The notes beneath the pieces were generated by a model, which saw nothing but the letters and a program-made list of their open reading frames with translations, did no database searches and was not told the DNA's origin. From Mobula hypostoma (taxonomy: Eukaryota), in contig NC_086108.1 of the NCBI RefSeq assembly GCF_963921235.1, positions 31,436,001 to 31,500,000 of the forward strand: DNA of 64,000 nucleotides, in the 5' to 3' direction. Within the stretch, counting starts at the first letter, position 1; each line of letters starts with the position of its first letter. Position numbers and translations under genes: made by a program. Shown piece after piece: positions 1-12,499 of the stretch.

Positions 1-1002
1 TGCTCGAGGCTCAGCAGTCAAGCAAGCCTTCCATATCAGCCATAGCAGACGAAGAACATCGACCTTCGACATCGAGGCAGGCAGTCGTAGGAGAAGATGA
101 GCTGCCTGCTCTGATCGATGATGAGATGACACCCCCATGTCCCACCACCCCAACCCCCGGGCCCCGGGCCCCGGACCAATACTGTACCGATTCGCAGAGA
201 ATGCAGCGGTAGCCGGGATGCACTCAACACATCTTTAAGAAAAAAGCTGAAATAAACATGCTGATTAATTAGGTGCCACCTAGCACGTAATTGTCAGCCC
301 AGATCAGTGCCGATGCAATTGGCAATCGCCTCTGATCTGCGCCGACATTTACGTGCCGGGCTGCACCTAATTAATTAGCATGTTTATCTCGGCTTTATTC
401 TTAAAAATGTGCTGTGTGCCTCCCGGTTACCCCTGCGTGCTTCGCGGAAATGTATCAGTCAGCGGCCTGGAGGGTGGGGGCCACTGCACCACCCAACCTA
501 CAACGATTCAGTTTAACACACCATCATCAGTGTGCTCGATGTCTTCCCAATTCCGGTAAGTGATACTACACTGTACGTACATTATTTCTACTTTATATAG
601 GCTGTGTATTTTTACGTGTTATTTGGTAGATTTGGCAGCTTCATAGTTTAAAGGTTACTGGAGAACGCCTTTATGCCAACAGTGCTTGTGTGAGATTTTC
701 TGCCGAGAGCACTTGCATGAGATTTTCGCTACGGAGATCTGTGCAGGCAATCGTTGTAGAGAAGTATTTCTACTTTATATAGGCTGTGTATTTATCATAT
801 CATTCCTGTTTTTACTATATGTTACTGTTATTTTAGGTCTTATATGTTATTTGGCATGATTTGGTAAGTTATTTTTGGGTCTGCGAACGCTCACAAAATT
901 TTCCCATTTAAATAAATGGTAATTGCTTCTTCGCTTTACGACATTTCGACTTACGAACCGTTTCACAGGAACGCTCTACCTTCAGATGGCGGGGTAAACC
1001 TG
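1..1002 (+). mobile_element. Tigger/pogo-type non-autonomous DNA transposon, 3' part (5' end lies outside the window)
   Basis: Ends ...GGCGGGGTAAACCTG followed by TA (1003-1004), resembling the other terminus GCGGGGGACACCTG-TA at 1961-1976. Bases 1-346 are the reverse complement of about 1008-1345. Confidence 0.75.
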
Positions 1003-1007
1003 TACAG

Positions 1008-1974
1008 GTTGGCGCAGATCAGAGGTGATTGCCGATTGCATCGGCACTGATCTGGGCCGACAATTACGTGCTAGGTGGCACCTAATTAATTAGCACGTTT
1101 ATTTTGGCTTTTTTCTTAAAGATGTGCTGTGTGCCTCCCGGCTACTGCTGCATTCTCCGCGAATCGGTACAGTATCTGTCCGGGGCCCGGGGGTTGGGCT
1201 GGTGGGACATGGGGGTGTCATCTCATCGTCGATCAGGGCAGGCAGCTCATCTTCTCTTATGACTGCCTGCGTCGATGTCGAAGGTCAATGTTCGTCGCCT
1301 GCTGTGGTTGATGTGGAAGCTTGCTTGACTGCTGAGCCTCGAGCATTTTTCTATCACACAGTTCTTTGTAAGGATTCAAAATATCCTGCAAATATCCCCT
1401 AAACCTACATACCCTTTCAAAACTAAAGTCGTACTTTATCATTGCAGTGAAAATCTCACACAGTTGCTTCACGTTCAGTTCCTAGACGACTTCACTTTCG
1501 CTACTGCATTCGGTTTCAATTGTTATCCTTTCCTCTTCCAATTGCATCAGCTCTTCATCTATCAGTTCTTGGTCATGGGATGCCAAAACCTCTTCAACAT
1601 CATCTTCGTCAGATTCCACAAGCCAAACTCACTTTGTCCTTACTTCGTTCACCGCGATCGAAACGCTTAATTATGTCTAGTTTTACGCTAAGTGTAACAC
1701 CCTTATGAGCTCTTTCAGACTTTTCCGACACCTTAGAACTCATTTTGCTAACGGCTGCTCAATGCAACGTGTTTCAGCAATGCTGTTCCGAATCCGGGGG
1801 AGAGCGGCTGCTCGGGGTGCGCACAGCCTTTTATCGCGCGCTGATTTTTATTGCGCGCTGCCTTTCTTCGTAACAGTGAAAACACCTTCTGAAAGCGAAA
1901 ACAGGGTACTAATGTAGGTCTTTCATAACAGTGAGGTTTCATAAAGCGAACGTTTGAAAAGCGGGGGACACCTG
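1008..1974 (-). mobile_element. Internally deleted Tigger/pogo transposon (second copy, opposite orientation, 3' truncated)
   Basis: Minus-strand TIR TA|CAGGTGTCCCCCGC. ATG at 1743 gives MSSKVSEKSERAHKGVTLSVKLDIIKRFDRGERSK (CENP-B-type HTH start), followed almost directly by the Tigger-like acidic C-terminus DEDDVEEVLASHDQELIDEELMQLEEER. The DDE core is missing. Confidence 0.8.
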
Positions 1975-1976
1975 TA

Positions 1977-4833
1977 TACCGAAAGATGGAATGTGGGTCA
2001 TTTAGACCAATATCTGTTCTTAATGTGGATTATAGAATACTTACCTCCATCATGGCCAAATGATTAGAAACGTTTCTACCCACACTGGTACATAATGATC
2101 AGACAGGTTTTATACAACAACGCCAAACACAAGACAATATACGAAGGACACTTCACATTATGGATCATATAAAAAAAATGAAATTGAAGCAATAGTGATA
2201 AGCGTGGACACTGAAAAGGCATTTGATTCAGTTAATTGGAATTTTCTATACAGAGTTTTACATAGATTTGGTCTACCTGACACAATTATTAAAACTATAC
2301 AGGCACTATACGACAATCCTACTGCCAGGATTAAAATCAATGTATATTTATCTAATAGTTTTACGCTAGAAAAGGACACGAGCCAGGGTTGTACATGGTC
2401 ACCGCTACCCTCCGCATTATACCTGGAACCATTAGCTCAATACATCAGACAAAATGAAGATATCAGGGGAATTACTACTAAAGGGACAAAGCATAAATTG
2501 GCCTGTTACACAGATGATTTTTTGATCTCTCTAGGGCAACCAACATACTTTTTACCTAAATTGATGCAGTCCTTTGAACAATATGGCCAATTATCGGGAT
2601 ACAAGATCAACACAGATAAAACCCAACTACTTTCATATAACTATAGCCCACCAAGAGAAATTGAAAGTAGATATCCCTGGGCATGGCAAACAGAGTCTGT
2701 CAAGTATTTGGACATCATTATGCCAAAAGATTTGGCAAAACTATCAGAATGCCATTATCAACCTATATATAAAAAAATTAAGGAAGATATAACAAGATGG
2801 AACCTAATTCCTTTTCTTGGTCTCAGTTCAAGGATTGCTCCTATTACTCTCTGGAATTTAGAAGATTGAGGGGGGACCTTATTGAAACGTATAAAATCCT
2901 AAACGGATTGGACAGGCTAGATGCAGGAAGATTGTTCCCGATGTTGGGGAAGTCCAGAACGAGGGGTCACAGTTTGAGGATAAAGGGGAAGCCTTTCAGG
3001 ACCGAGATGCGGAAAAACTTCTTCACACAGAGAGTGGTGAATCTGGGAATTCTCTGCCACAGGAAACAGTTGAGGCCAGTTCATTGGCTATATTTAAGAG
3101 GGAGGTAGATATGGCCCTTGTGGCTAAAGGGATCGGGGGTATGGAGAGAAGGCAGGTACAGGGTTCTGAGTTGGATGATCAGCCATGATCATACTGAATG
3201 GCGGTGCAGGCTCGAAGGGCTGAATGGCCTACTCCTACACCTATTTTCTATGCTTCTATGTTTCTACAATGAATATACTGCCCAGACTACTATATCTCTT
3301 TCAGACTCTACCAATAGAGATTAACCAAAATTAATTCAATGAATGGAACAAAATGCTATCAAGATATATATGGCAAGGTTAAAGGCCTAGGGTTCATCTC
3401 AAAACTTTGCAATTAGTCAAGGAAAAGGGGGGATGGGGCCTACCTTCTCTTAGAGATTATTATTTTGCAGCACAATTGAGAGCTGTAATATGCTGGTGCA
3501 ACCCATCATATGACATTCAATGGAAAAAAAATGAGGAGAGGATACTTTCCATCCCCATACAGGCAATTTTGGCTGATAACAACCTACAAAGTTACATAAG
3601 TACTATTGATAACCCATGGGTGAAATGGACTCTTAAAATATGGAAAACTATCATAAAAGAATATAAGCTAGAGAGAGACATTGCAATTCTTAAATGGTGT
3701 GCATGTGACTCGGATTTTATGTCGAATAAACTGGATGCTAGATTTAAGGACTGGACAACTAAAGGAGTAACAGCTATTTGCAATATAATGAAAGAAGGAA
3801 CACTGTTCTGTTTTGAAATGCTCAAAGAGAAACACTTATTAAAAAAACAAGACTTTTACCGATATTTACAGATGCAACAGAATGTTAATAGGACGGTTAA
3901 AAATGTAACCAAGTCAAGTATATGTCTGATAGAGTTATTTAGAAAAGCATATAATTCAGACAACGGTAGTAAAATCATTTCAAGCATGTATCAGGGTTTG
4001 TCAAGTCTTAAAACACATTCGACTTCATACATTAAAACAAAATGGGAGAAGGAAGGAGGGATAATAATATCTGAGGAAGACTGGATAATAATATGGAGGT
4101 ATCAATGGAAGTGTACCAGTTCACAGAGTTCAGGTGGAAAAACTTGATCAGATATTTTATTACACCCTCTCAGAAATCCCCCTGTTTGCTGGAGAGATTG
4201 TGGAAATCAAAATGCAAACCATTATTATATTTTCTGGGAATGCCCCATTATCAAAGACTATTGGAGTAGGTTACATAATGCCCTACAAGACATCTTTAAA
4301 TGTGAGATACCCTTAGAAAGTAAGACCATATATTTTGTGTCTATACTTCAAGAATGGTTGAAAAGAGATAAATATTTAATGAATGTACTGCTGGTGGCTG
4401 GTAAAAAGACCCTTACCAGGAAATGGTTATCACAGGAGAGCCCAACTTTAAATGTATGGATGGAAATTACAATGGACATTTACAAAATGGAGAAGATAAC
4501 AGCATCTGTTAGTCATAAGTTGGAACAATTTTATTCATACTGGAAAAAATGGTTTAACTACATAACACCTCATAGGCCTGATTTTATTCTCACAAGTCAA
4601 TGAATATGTTGTAAAAAAAAAGATCACTTCCTACTCTGTATATAGTTTTCTTCTTTCAACTGTTCTTTCTTTCCTCTCCTTTCTATAAATGTATACCTCA
4701 GTTAAAAACTATGTGGAGATTTGTGACAAATATGATTATATGATATATATGTACAGTATCTGAAATACATGTAATGGAAATGTTTGTTTGATGATGAAAT
4801 TCAATAAAAAATACATTACAAAAAAAAGAAAAA
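1977..4833 (+). mobile_element. L1-clade LINE, degenerate ORF2 (RT to C-terminus), 3' UTR and poly(A)
   Basis: FRPISVLNVDY at about 2000; ORF 2195-2869 (DTEKAFDSVNW, SQGC..SPL, ACYTDD); ORF 3407-4147 (KEKGGWGLPSL); CCHC-like CW..CG...NHYYIFWECP remnant near 4190-4250; stop at 4603; AATAAA plus A-rich tail at 4803-4833. Confidence 0.9.
2845..3266 (+). mobile_element. CR1 LINE 3' fragment inserted into the L1
   Basis: YSLEFRRLRGDLIETYKI...FFTQRVVN; tail (TTTCTATG)-like; L1 reading resumes MNILPRLLYLFQTLP after the tail. Near-identical to the 3' end of the 35849-38467 copy. Confidence 0.92.
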
Positions 4834-5697
4834 GGCCGGTTACTGTGCTGTATCTCTAAAAATAAGTTCCTGAACTTAAAAAATGAATGAACTTATTTCC
4901 AGCCTGGCAACGGTCACCTAAAATAACACGTGATATGGTAATGTCCAATGGAATCAGAGGGAGAAGAAATGGAAAAAGCTACCACAAAATAAATCAATGT
5001 TTGCAAGAGGAAGTTGGTGCAGTCCATTGGGTAGGGAAACTGGCCAACTGGCTGTGGATGGAATCCTTATGAAGGAAGACAATTGGAGCATGCACAGTTC
5101 CACACAATACCAATTGGTTTCTGAAAATTTATCACAGACGGGCAAAGTTGTGAAAATATATCACGGGGACAGGCCCTTGGCGCAAACAGCATGGGTTAAA
5201 GGCCTGTTCTCACGTTGTACTATTTTATGTTCTGTGGTTGTACGACCACAGTGAGAGGCCACTGCATATTTCACACAGGAAAATTAACTCAGAAACCAGG
5301 TCAGGTGAATGGGCCTGTTAAATTCGTCACTTTCTTTCTACTCTGTTCATGTGAGTTGACCTGTGTGGACGACAAGCAACTGAATTAACTCACTGAGGTC
5401 CACTGGCAGGAAATGTCACTTCACCCCTTGATTGCAAAGCAATCAAGCACATTCAATCTCTGCACTGAGTTGTTGCAGATCTTTTCCAGGTTATTGAAGA
5501 AACAAGGAAGAGATTTTTTTTTTGGTGTGAGTGCATTGAGTTGCATCAAATGAATCCATGTGAGAATTTCTCCAAAACTAACTGCTACAGATAAAACAAA
5601 AGACATGCCAAGGGGTGGTAGTTTCAGAGATAACAAATGATTGTCAGCTTCCTGTGCCATCTCAACTCAAGCATGCCGCACAAATGTTACAATCTGA

Positions 5698-6146
5698 CTT
5701 ACAAGGATGTTGCCTGGATTGGGGAGCATACCTTATGAGAATAGGTTAAGTGATCTCAGCCTTTTCTCCTTAGAGCGACGAAGGGTGAGAGGTGACCTGA
5801 TAGAGGTGTACAAGATAATGAGAGGCATTGATCATGTCGATAGTCAGAGGCTTTTCCCCAGGGCTGTAATAGCTAGCATGAGAGGTCACAGTTTTAAGGT
5901 GCTTGGAAGTAGGTACAGAGGAGATGTCAGGGTAAGTTTTTTAGTCAGAGAGTGGTGAGTGAGTGGAATGGGCTGTCAGAGGCAGTGGTGGAGGCGGAAA
6001 CGATAAGGTCTTTTAAGAGACTCCTGGATGGCTACACGAAGCTTAGAAAAATAGGGGGTTATGGGTAAAGCCTAGGTAGTTCTAAGGTAGGCACAGCTTT
6101 GTGGGCAGAAGGGCCTGTATTGTGCTGTAGGTTTACTATGTTTTAT
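5698..6146 (+). mobile_element. CR1 LINE 3' fragment
   Basis: ORF 5707-5958 LFSLERRRVRGDLIEVYKIMRG; CR1-type 3' UTR and TTT(C)TATG-like tail. Confidence 0.88.
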
Positions 6147-6164
6147 GATATGGCAATGTTTCAG

Positions 6165-6390
6165 TACCTTCAGACTTAATATCAACAGTTTCTCCTTCAG
6201 CTCCTGTCACTTGCTCCAAACTCAAGGGATAGTCATGGGCACCCACATAAGCCCCAGCTATGCCTGCCTTTTCATTGGCTCTGTCGAACAGTCCATGGTA
6301 ATGCTCCCCATCTCTTTCTGTGCTACATTGACAACTGCATTGGTGCTGTTCATGCACCCATGCTAAGCTTGTCAAATTCCAGTTCTCTGG
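6165..6390 (+). mobile_element. Penelope-like RT fragment
   Basis: NSFSFSSCHLLQTQGIVMGTHISPSYACLFIGSVEQSM matches the PLE RT motif (QxxGxAMG...PSYA.LF) and the minus-strand copies at about 13400-13550 and 56890. Confidence 0.75.
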
Positions 6391-6429
6391 CACAAGTGTT
6401 TCATAGAATGTAGACTGAATCATCAAGTT

Positions 6430-9400
6430 GATAGAACATAGAGCATGGAAAAGTACAGCACAGCTACAGGCCACTCGGCCCACAAAGTTGTACCAGACCG
6501 GTTGAAAAAGCACATCAAAAATATCCAAACACAAATCCGTCCTATCTACACCATACCTATATCCTCCCATCTTCCTTACATCAATGTGCATATCAAAACG
6601 TCTCTTAAAAGCATTTAATGTATTTGCCTCCACCACCATAACAGGCAGTGTATTCCAGGCATCCATTGCTCTCTGAGTAAAAAACTTACCCCTCAGTTCC
6701 CCCTTGAACCTACTCTCTCTCCAATTTAATACATGCCCTCTTGTATTAGACATTTCAACCCTGGTGAAAAGATACACTCTACCCACTCTATATATGCCTC
6801 TCACAACTTTGAAAGCCTCTATCAGATCTCCCCTCAGCCTCTGACGTTCGAGAGAAAACAACCTCAAGTTTATCCAGCCTCTAAACCAGGCAGTATCCAG
6901 GTGAACTCTTCTGCACCCTCTCTAAAGTCTCAACATCCTTCCTATAGTGGGGCAACCAGAACTGAACACAATACCCCAAATGTGGCCTAACCAGAGTTCC
7001 AATAAAGTTCCAACATAGCCTCCCAACTTCTGAGCTCAATGCATCAACTAATAAAAGCAAGCATTCCATAGGCCTTATCAACCTGTGTAGCCACTTTCAA
7101 GACCTAAGAACTTGGATCCCAAAATCTCTCTGCTCAACAACGCTCTTAAGGACTTTGACCTTAAAAGTGTACTGATTCCTTGCATTTGCCCTGCTGAGGT
7201 ACAACCCCTCATATTTAACTGGGTTAAACTCCATCTGCTGTTTCTCTGCCCATATCTAGAACTGATCTATATCTCACTAGTCTTCTACTCTATCCACAAC
7301 TCCAACAATCTTTGTATCATCTGCAAATTTACTAACCCACCCATCTACATTTTCATCCACGTCATCTATATAGATTACAAACAGCAGAGATCCCAGCATA
7401 GGTCCCTACAGAAAATCAGTAATGACAGATCTCCAGCCCCTTCAACAACTATTGTCTGTCTTCTATGCGCAAACCGGTTCAGAATGCAAACAGTCAATTT
7501 GCCACGGATCCCATGCATCTTAATCTTCTGGATTAGCCTCCCATGAGGGACTTTGTCAAACGCCTTACTAAAATCCATTTAGACAACATCCACTGCCCTA
7601 CCCGCATCCATCTCTCTTGTCACCTTGTCAAAACACTCAATCAAGTTGGTAAGGCACAACCTGACATGCACAAAGCCATGCTGGCTCTCCTTAATTAGGC
7701 CATGGGTTTCAAAATGCTCACATATCCTATCCCTAAGAATTTTCTCCAGCAATTTCCCTACAACAGACGAGAAGCTTATCGGTCTATAGTTCCCAGGCTT
7801 TTCCCTTGATCTCTTTTTAAATACAGGTACAACTTTAGCCACTCGTCAGTCCTCTGGGACCTTGCCTCCAGAGACCATGAAGATACTGGTCAAGGCCCCA
7901 GAAATCTCATCTCTTGCCTCCTTCAATAACCTGGGGTAAACCCCGTTAGCCGTCTTAACACTCCTGAGGAGGCCCAACACTTCTTCCTCCTTGACCTCTA
8001 AAAGTTCTAACATATCTATACACTCAGCACTGATTTCCTGTTCCTCCACATCCTTTTCTTTCATAAATACTCACCAAGTACCTCACTCACATTCTCTGCA
8101 TCCAAGCAGATGTTCCCCCTTCATCCTTGAGTGGTCCCACCCTCTCCCTAGCTATCCTTTTACTTTTGATATGTGTATAGACTTCTTTGGGACTCACCCT
8201 AACCCGACCTGTCAAGGTGTTTCCATGGCCCCTCTTGGCTTTCCCAATTTCCTTCTTCTATTCTTTTCTGGCTTCTTTATAATCCTCATGCACTTTGTTT
8301 GATCCTGCCTTCCAAAACTTCACATACCTTTCCTTTTTTCTTCTTGACTAAATCCATCACCTCCCTGGATTCTCTTATCTTTCCATCCCAGTCCTTCCAA
8401 CAGGAACATACTTTTCCTGTATCTACACAATTGACCTTTAAACACGTTCCACATTTCTGATGTGGACTTGCCAGAGAAAAGGTGTTCCCAATTAATTCTT
8501 CTTAGCTCCTGCCTAATGCTCTCAAAATTCATCCTACTCAAATTAAAATTCTACCACAAGGACCGTACCTATCCTTATCTATAGCCCTCCTGAAATTTAA
8601 GGAGTTGTGGTCACTATTCCCTAACTGTTCACCCACAGAAAGGTCAGTCACCTGGCCAGGCTCATTACCCAACACCAGGTCCAGTACAGCCCCTCCTCTC
8701 ATCAGAACTAGAGGGCACAGCCTCGAAATTGAGGGGCGACTTATTAGAACAGAGGTAAAAGGAATTTTTTAGCTAGAGAGTAGTGAATTTGTGGAATGCT
8801 CTGCCACAGATTGTGGTGGAGGCTAAGTCTGTGGGTATATCTAAGGCGGAAGTTGATCATTTCCTGATCAGTCAGGGCATCAAAGGATATGGTGAGAAGG
8901 CAGGTGTATGGGATTGAGTGGGATCCGGGATCAGCATGACGGAATGGCGGAGAACACTCGATAGGCTGATTGGCCTGATTCTGCTCCTATGTAGAAACAT
9001 AGAAACATAGAAAATAGGTCTTATGGTCTTATGGACCATCCACATATTGATTTAAGAAACCTTCCTGGATACACTCAACAAATCCTGCCCCATCTAAACC
9101 TCTTACACTAAGAAGGTCCCAGTTTATATTAAGGAATTTCAAATCCCCATGACAACAATACTATTATTTTTACTCGTTTCCTTAATCTGATTCTTCAATG
9201 TCCTGGTGGCTATTAGGGTGTCTGTAGTACAATCCTATCGGTGTGAATACACCCTTCCTGTTCCTGAGATCTACCCAAATGGACTCAGTGCCTGACCCCT
9301 CCATTATGTCTCCTCTGAATGCAGCTCTGATATTGTCTCTGATTAGTAGTGCAACTCGACTCCCTCTTTTCCTCCTCCTCTATCTTTTCTAAAACTTTGA

Positions 9401-9725
9401 AAACCTGATACATTAATTGCCCATCCCTGCCCCTCTCCCAACCAAGTTTCAGTATTGACCACAATACCATAGTTCCATGTACTGATCCATGTTCTGTTTA
9501 TCACCCTTACCCATAATACTCCTAGCATTAATATATACACACTTCAAGCTATCTAGCCCTTTGCACCTGTTTTATCAATTTTGCCTTTCAGTACTTTTCC
9601 TAACATTTACCTTCTGGTCCAATCTTTCCCTTACAGACCTAGGGCTCCAGTTCCCAGCCTCCTGCAAAACTAGTTCAAACTCTCCCGAGAAGCATCAGCA
9701 AACTTCTTGGCCAGGACATTGGTTC
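6430..9725 (-). mobile_element. Long degenerate CR1 LINE (APE and RT remnants)
   Basis: Minus-strand ORFs: [53 protein letters not shown] (APE start). Interrupted at about 8700-9030 by a plus-strand CR1 3' end. Confidence 0.88.
8703..9032 (+). mobile_element. CR1 3' end nested in the 6430-9725 CR1
   Basis: AGAACTAGAGGGCACAGCCTC...GTGAATTTGTGGAAT...TCTGCTCCTATG...TCTTATGGTCTTATGG tail. Confidence 0.8.
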
Positions 9726-10264
9726 CTCTCCATAAAGTACACGGACAAAATGGATATGTTAAATTCCTGTAAGACAATGGTTAATCCTGAGCTGACTTAT
9801 CTTGCACAAGTCTGTATAAAAGAACTTTGAGAGAAGTGTCAGTTTCTTTGAGAGGATGTGGAGGAGGGTTACGAAAGTCATGCCAGCTGCAAAGGATTAG
9901 AGAACGTTAAGACCATTTCCTTAGAGGAAAAAGAGGATAAGGAAAGAGTTAGCAGTGATGTCGAAAGTTACGAACAGCTCTTATGGAGTAGATAGGAAGA
10001 GGTAGCTTGAAATCCAGAACTACAGGGCACAGATGTAAGGCATCTGGGTGGGAGGAGGGGGCAGGAGGACAGTGATGAATAATTCTCTGCAGTAATTATG
10101 AGCAATGCACCAAACAGCTCGTCCTCTGTTAGGATTCTGTTCGCTCCATGTTTCTATTACACTGCTTTGCTCTTCCAATGGCTTCCACTCCGTAATGAGC
10201 CTGAGGGAAAACTTTGAACATAAGCTTACAGTTATGCTGTTTTGGACATCCGCCACATTTTTTT

Positions 10265-11285
10265 TTACTGAGATACAACACAGAGGAAGCCCTTTGGCCC
10301 CTCCGCTGCCTGCACAGCGATCCACCAATTTAGTCCAAGCCTAGTCACAGGATTGTTTACAACAAGCAATTAACCTACAAACCAAGTCAAGTCAAATTTA
10401 TTTATAAAGCCCACTTAAAAACAACCCATGTTGACCAGCGAACTGTACAAACCATAACAGATAGCTAAAATCACAAATACAAGAAACACAGATATAAGTA
10501 ACAAGGCACACAGCTTATAGGCACAAAATAAACAACACATGAACCTAGGCACAAGCCAAAAATCAGCCACACCAGGAAGATTCAAATGCTAGTGAATAAA
10601 GGTAAGTTTTGAGCCTGGACTTAAAAGAGTCAATGGAGGGGGCAGATCTGATAGGGAGGGGAATGCTGTTCCACAGTCTAGGGGCTACAACAGCAAAGGC
10701 GCAGTCACCCCTGAACTTAAATTTAGATCGCAGGTCAGCCAGGAGCCCCATGTCAGCCAGACTGAGGGACCTGGAAGTAGAATAAGGAGTTAGAAGGTCT
10801 GCGACATAGGAGGGGGCCAGCCCATTTAGGGCTTTATAAACAAACAGGAGAACCTTAAAATCAATTCTAAACCCTACTGGTAGCCAGTGGAGAGAGGCCA
10901 GGATAGAAGTCATATGGTCCCTCTTCCGGGCACCTGTCAGGAGCCTGGCTGCAGCGTTCTGGACCAGTTGCAGGCGGGACAGGGACAACTGACTAATCCC
11001 AGTTTACAGGGAGTTGGAGTAGTCCAAGCGGGAGGATATAAGGCGTGGATGACTTTCCCGAGGTTTTTTAAAGAGAGATACGACTTGATTTTGGTAATAG
11101 TACGAAGCTGGAAAAAACTGGCTTTTACTACTACAATAACTTGCTTGTCAAACTTAAAGGTGAATCAAATATCACACTAAGGTTCTTGACATGGGGTTTT
11201 GACCAGTATATGTTTAGCCTCTGAGAGGAATCCGGAGCATCTGGAGGAAACCCATGCAGTCACAGGAAGAAGGTAAAAGTGCTTT
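10265..11285 (-). mobile_element. tRNA-derived V-SINE-type element split by an L2 insertion
   Basis: 3' half at 10265-10383 and 5' half at 11201-11285 (GGAGCATCTGGAGGAAACCCATGCAGTCACAGG) resemble the intact copy at 27190-27460. Confidence 0.65.
10384..11200 (-). mobile_element. L2-clade LINE 3' fragment
   Basis: ORF 10563-10988 SRLQLVQNAAARLL..RKRDH.T.ILASLHWLPV.FRIDFK, typical of the L2 ORF2 C-terminus; (TTGAC)n tail at 10384-10395. Confidence 0.9.
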
Positions 11286-11509
11286 ACTTTCATGGCCAAC
11301 AGAACAAAATCTAGAGTGCCCTGCCTAACTCCATTGTTGGAGGAACTTCAGCAGATAGACAGAAGGAGCTGATGAAGCAACTCACCATTTCCATTCTGAA
11401 TGGGCAATAACTACTAATCTTGCCAGCAGTACCCACAACCTGTGACAGAATACAAACGTGGAAATAACTCATACAGAAACCGTAACAATGGAGCAAAGTG
11501 TACGCTTAG

Positions 11510-11607
11510 TGAAGTCCTGATGAAGGGTCTCGGCTCATCACATCAACTGTTCATTCATTTCCATAGATGCTGCCTGAGCTGCTGAGTTCCTCAAGGATTT
11601 TTATGGG
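11510..11607 (+). mobile_element. 98-bp Penelope-terminus mini-insertion with 21-bp TSD
   Basis: Flanked by TGGAGCAAAGTGTA(C/A)GCTTAG at 11489-11509 and 11608-11628. Contains GTCCTGATGAAGGGTCTCGG...ATAGATGCTGCCTGA..TGCTGAGTTCCTC, homologous to the end of the 55349-56909 element. Confidence 0.8.
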
Positions 11608-11984
11608 TGGAGCAAAGTGTAAGCTTAGATATTCCAGGATCGTTCACTGTTCTGATGCACCCCTGAATTGCATTAGCCTACCCGACTTCAGCCAAGCCTG
11701 AACTGACTGAAGATAATGTGCAAAGCCAAATGCCAAATAAATGCCAGCCAGAGAATTAAAATCAATTGACTGGATAAAGAAGAACTTGCCAGCTATTTGT
11801 CTCAACATTTGTCAAAATTTCCTGTCTGTGAACAACTATATCTTTTACAAGTAAAAACTACCATCCCCATATCACAATCAGGTAAATTCCAGTCCACACT
11901 CAGGTAAAATACAATTATCGTTGTGTTATTTATTGCAAATGGTAAGGCAGATTATTTCTTAGCTATAAAGTTAGTGAGTACAGA

Positions 11985-12475
11985 CACTCAGTGGCCACTT
12001 TATTAGGCTAGTTATCTAATCAGCCAATCATGTGGCAGCAACGCAGTGCATGAAAGCATGCAGACATGGTCAAGAGGTTCAGTTGTTGTTCAGGCCAAAC
12101 ATCAGAATGAGGAAGAATGTGATCTAACTGACTTTGACTGTGGAATGATTGTTTGTGCCAGATGGGAACGTTTGCGTGCCCCCTAAAGTGCTTAACTGCG
12201 CAACAGTACAGAGTTCATCAAGAATGGTGTGAAAAACAAAAATAAACTCCATTGAGCAGCTGTTCTGTGGGTGATAAAGCCCTGTTAATGAGAGAGGAGA
12301 ATGGCCAGACTGGTTCAAGCTGACAGGAAGGTGCCAATAACTTAAATAACCACGTGTTACAACAGTGGTTTGCACAAGAGCATTTCTGAACGCACAGCAT
12401 GTCAAACCTTGATGTGGATGGGCTACAGCAGAAGACGACGAACATACAGTCAGTGGCCACTTTATTAGGTACAGG
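11985..12475 (+). mobile_element. Tc1-like non-autonomous DNA transposon (right TIR missing)
   Basis: Begins CACTCAGTGGCCACTTTATTAGG; remnant of the Tc1 N-terminus (MRKNVI*/CDLTDFDCGMIV); homologous to 23669-24585. Confidence 0.75.
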
Positions 12476-12499
12476 GGGTGAAAAACAGGCTGTCTATTT

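Noticed and set aside
6136..6867. 243-aa minus-strand ORF as a gene
   Set aside because: CR1 C-terminus reading through its 3' UTR into the antisense of a Penelope fragment.
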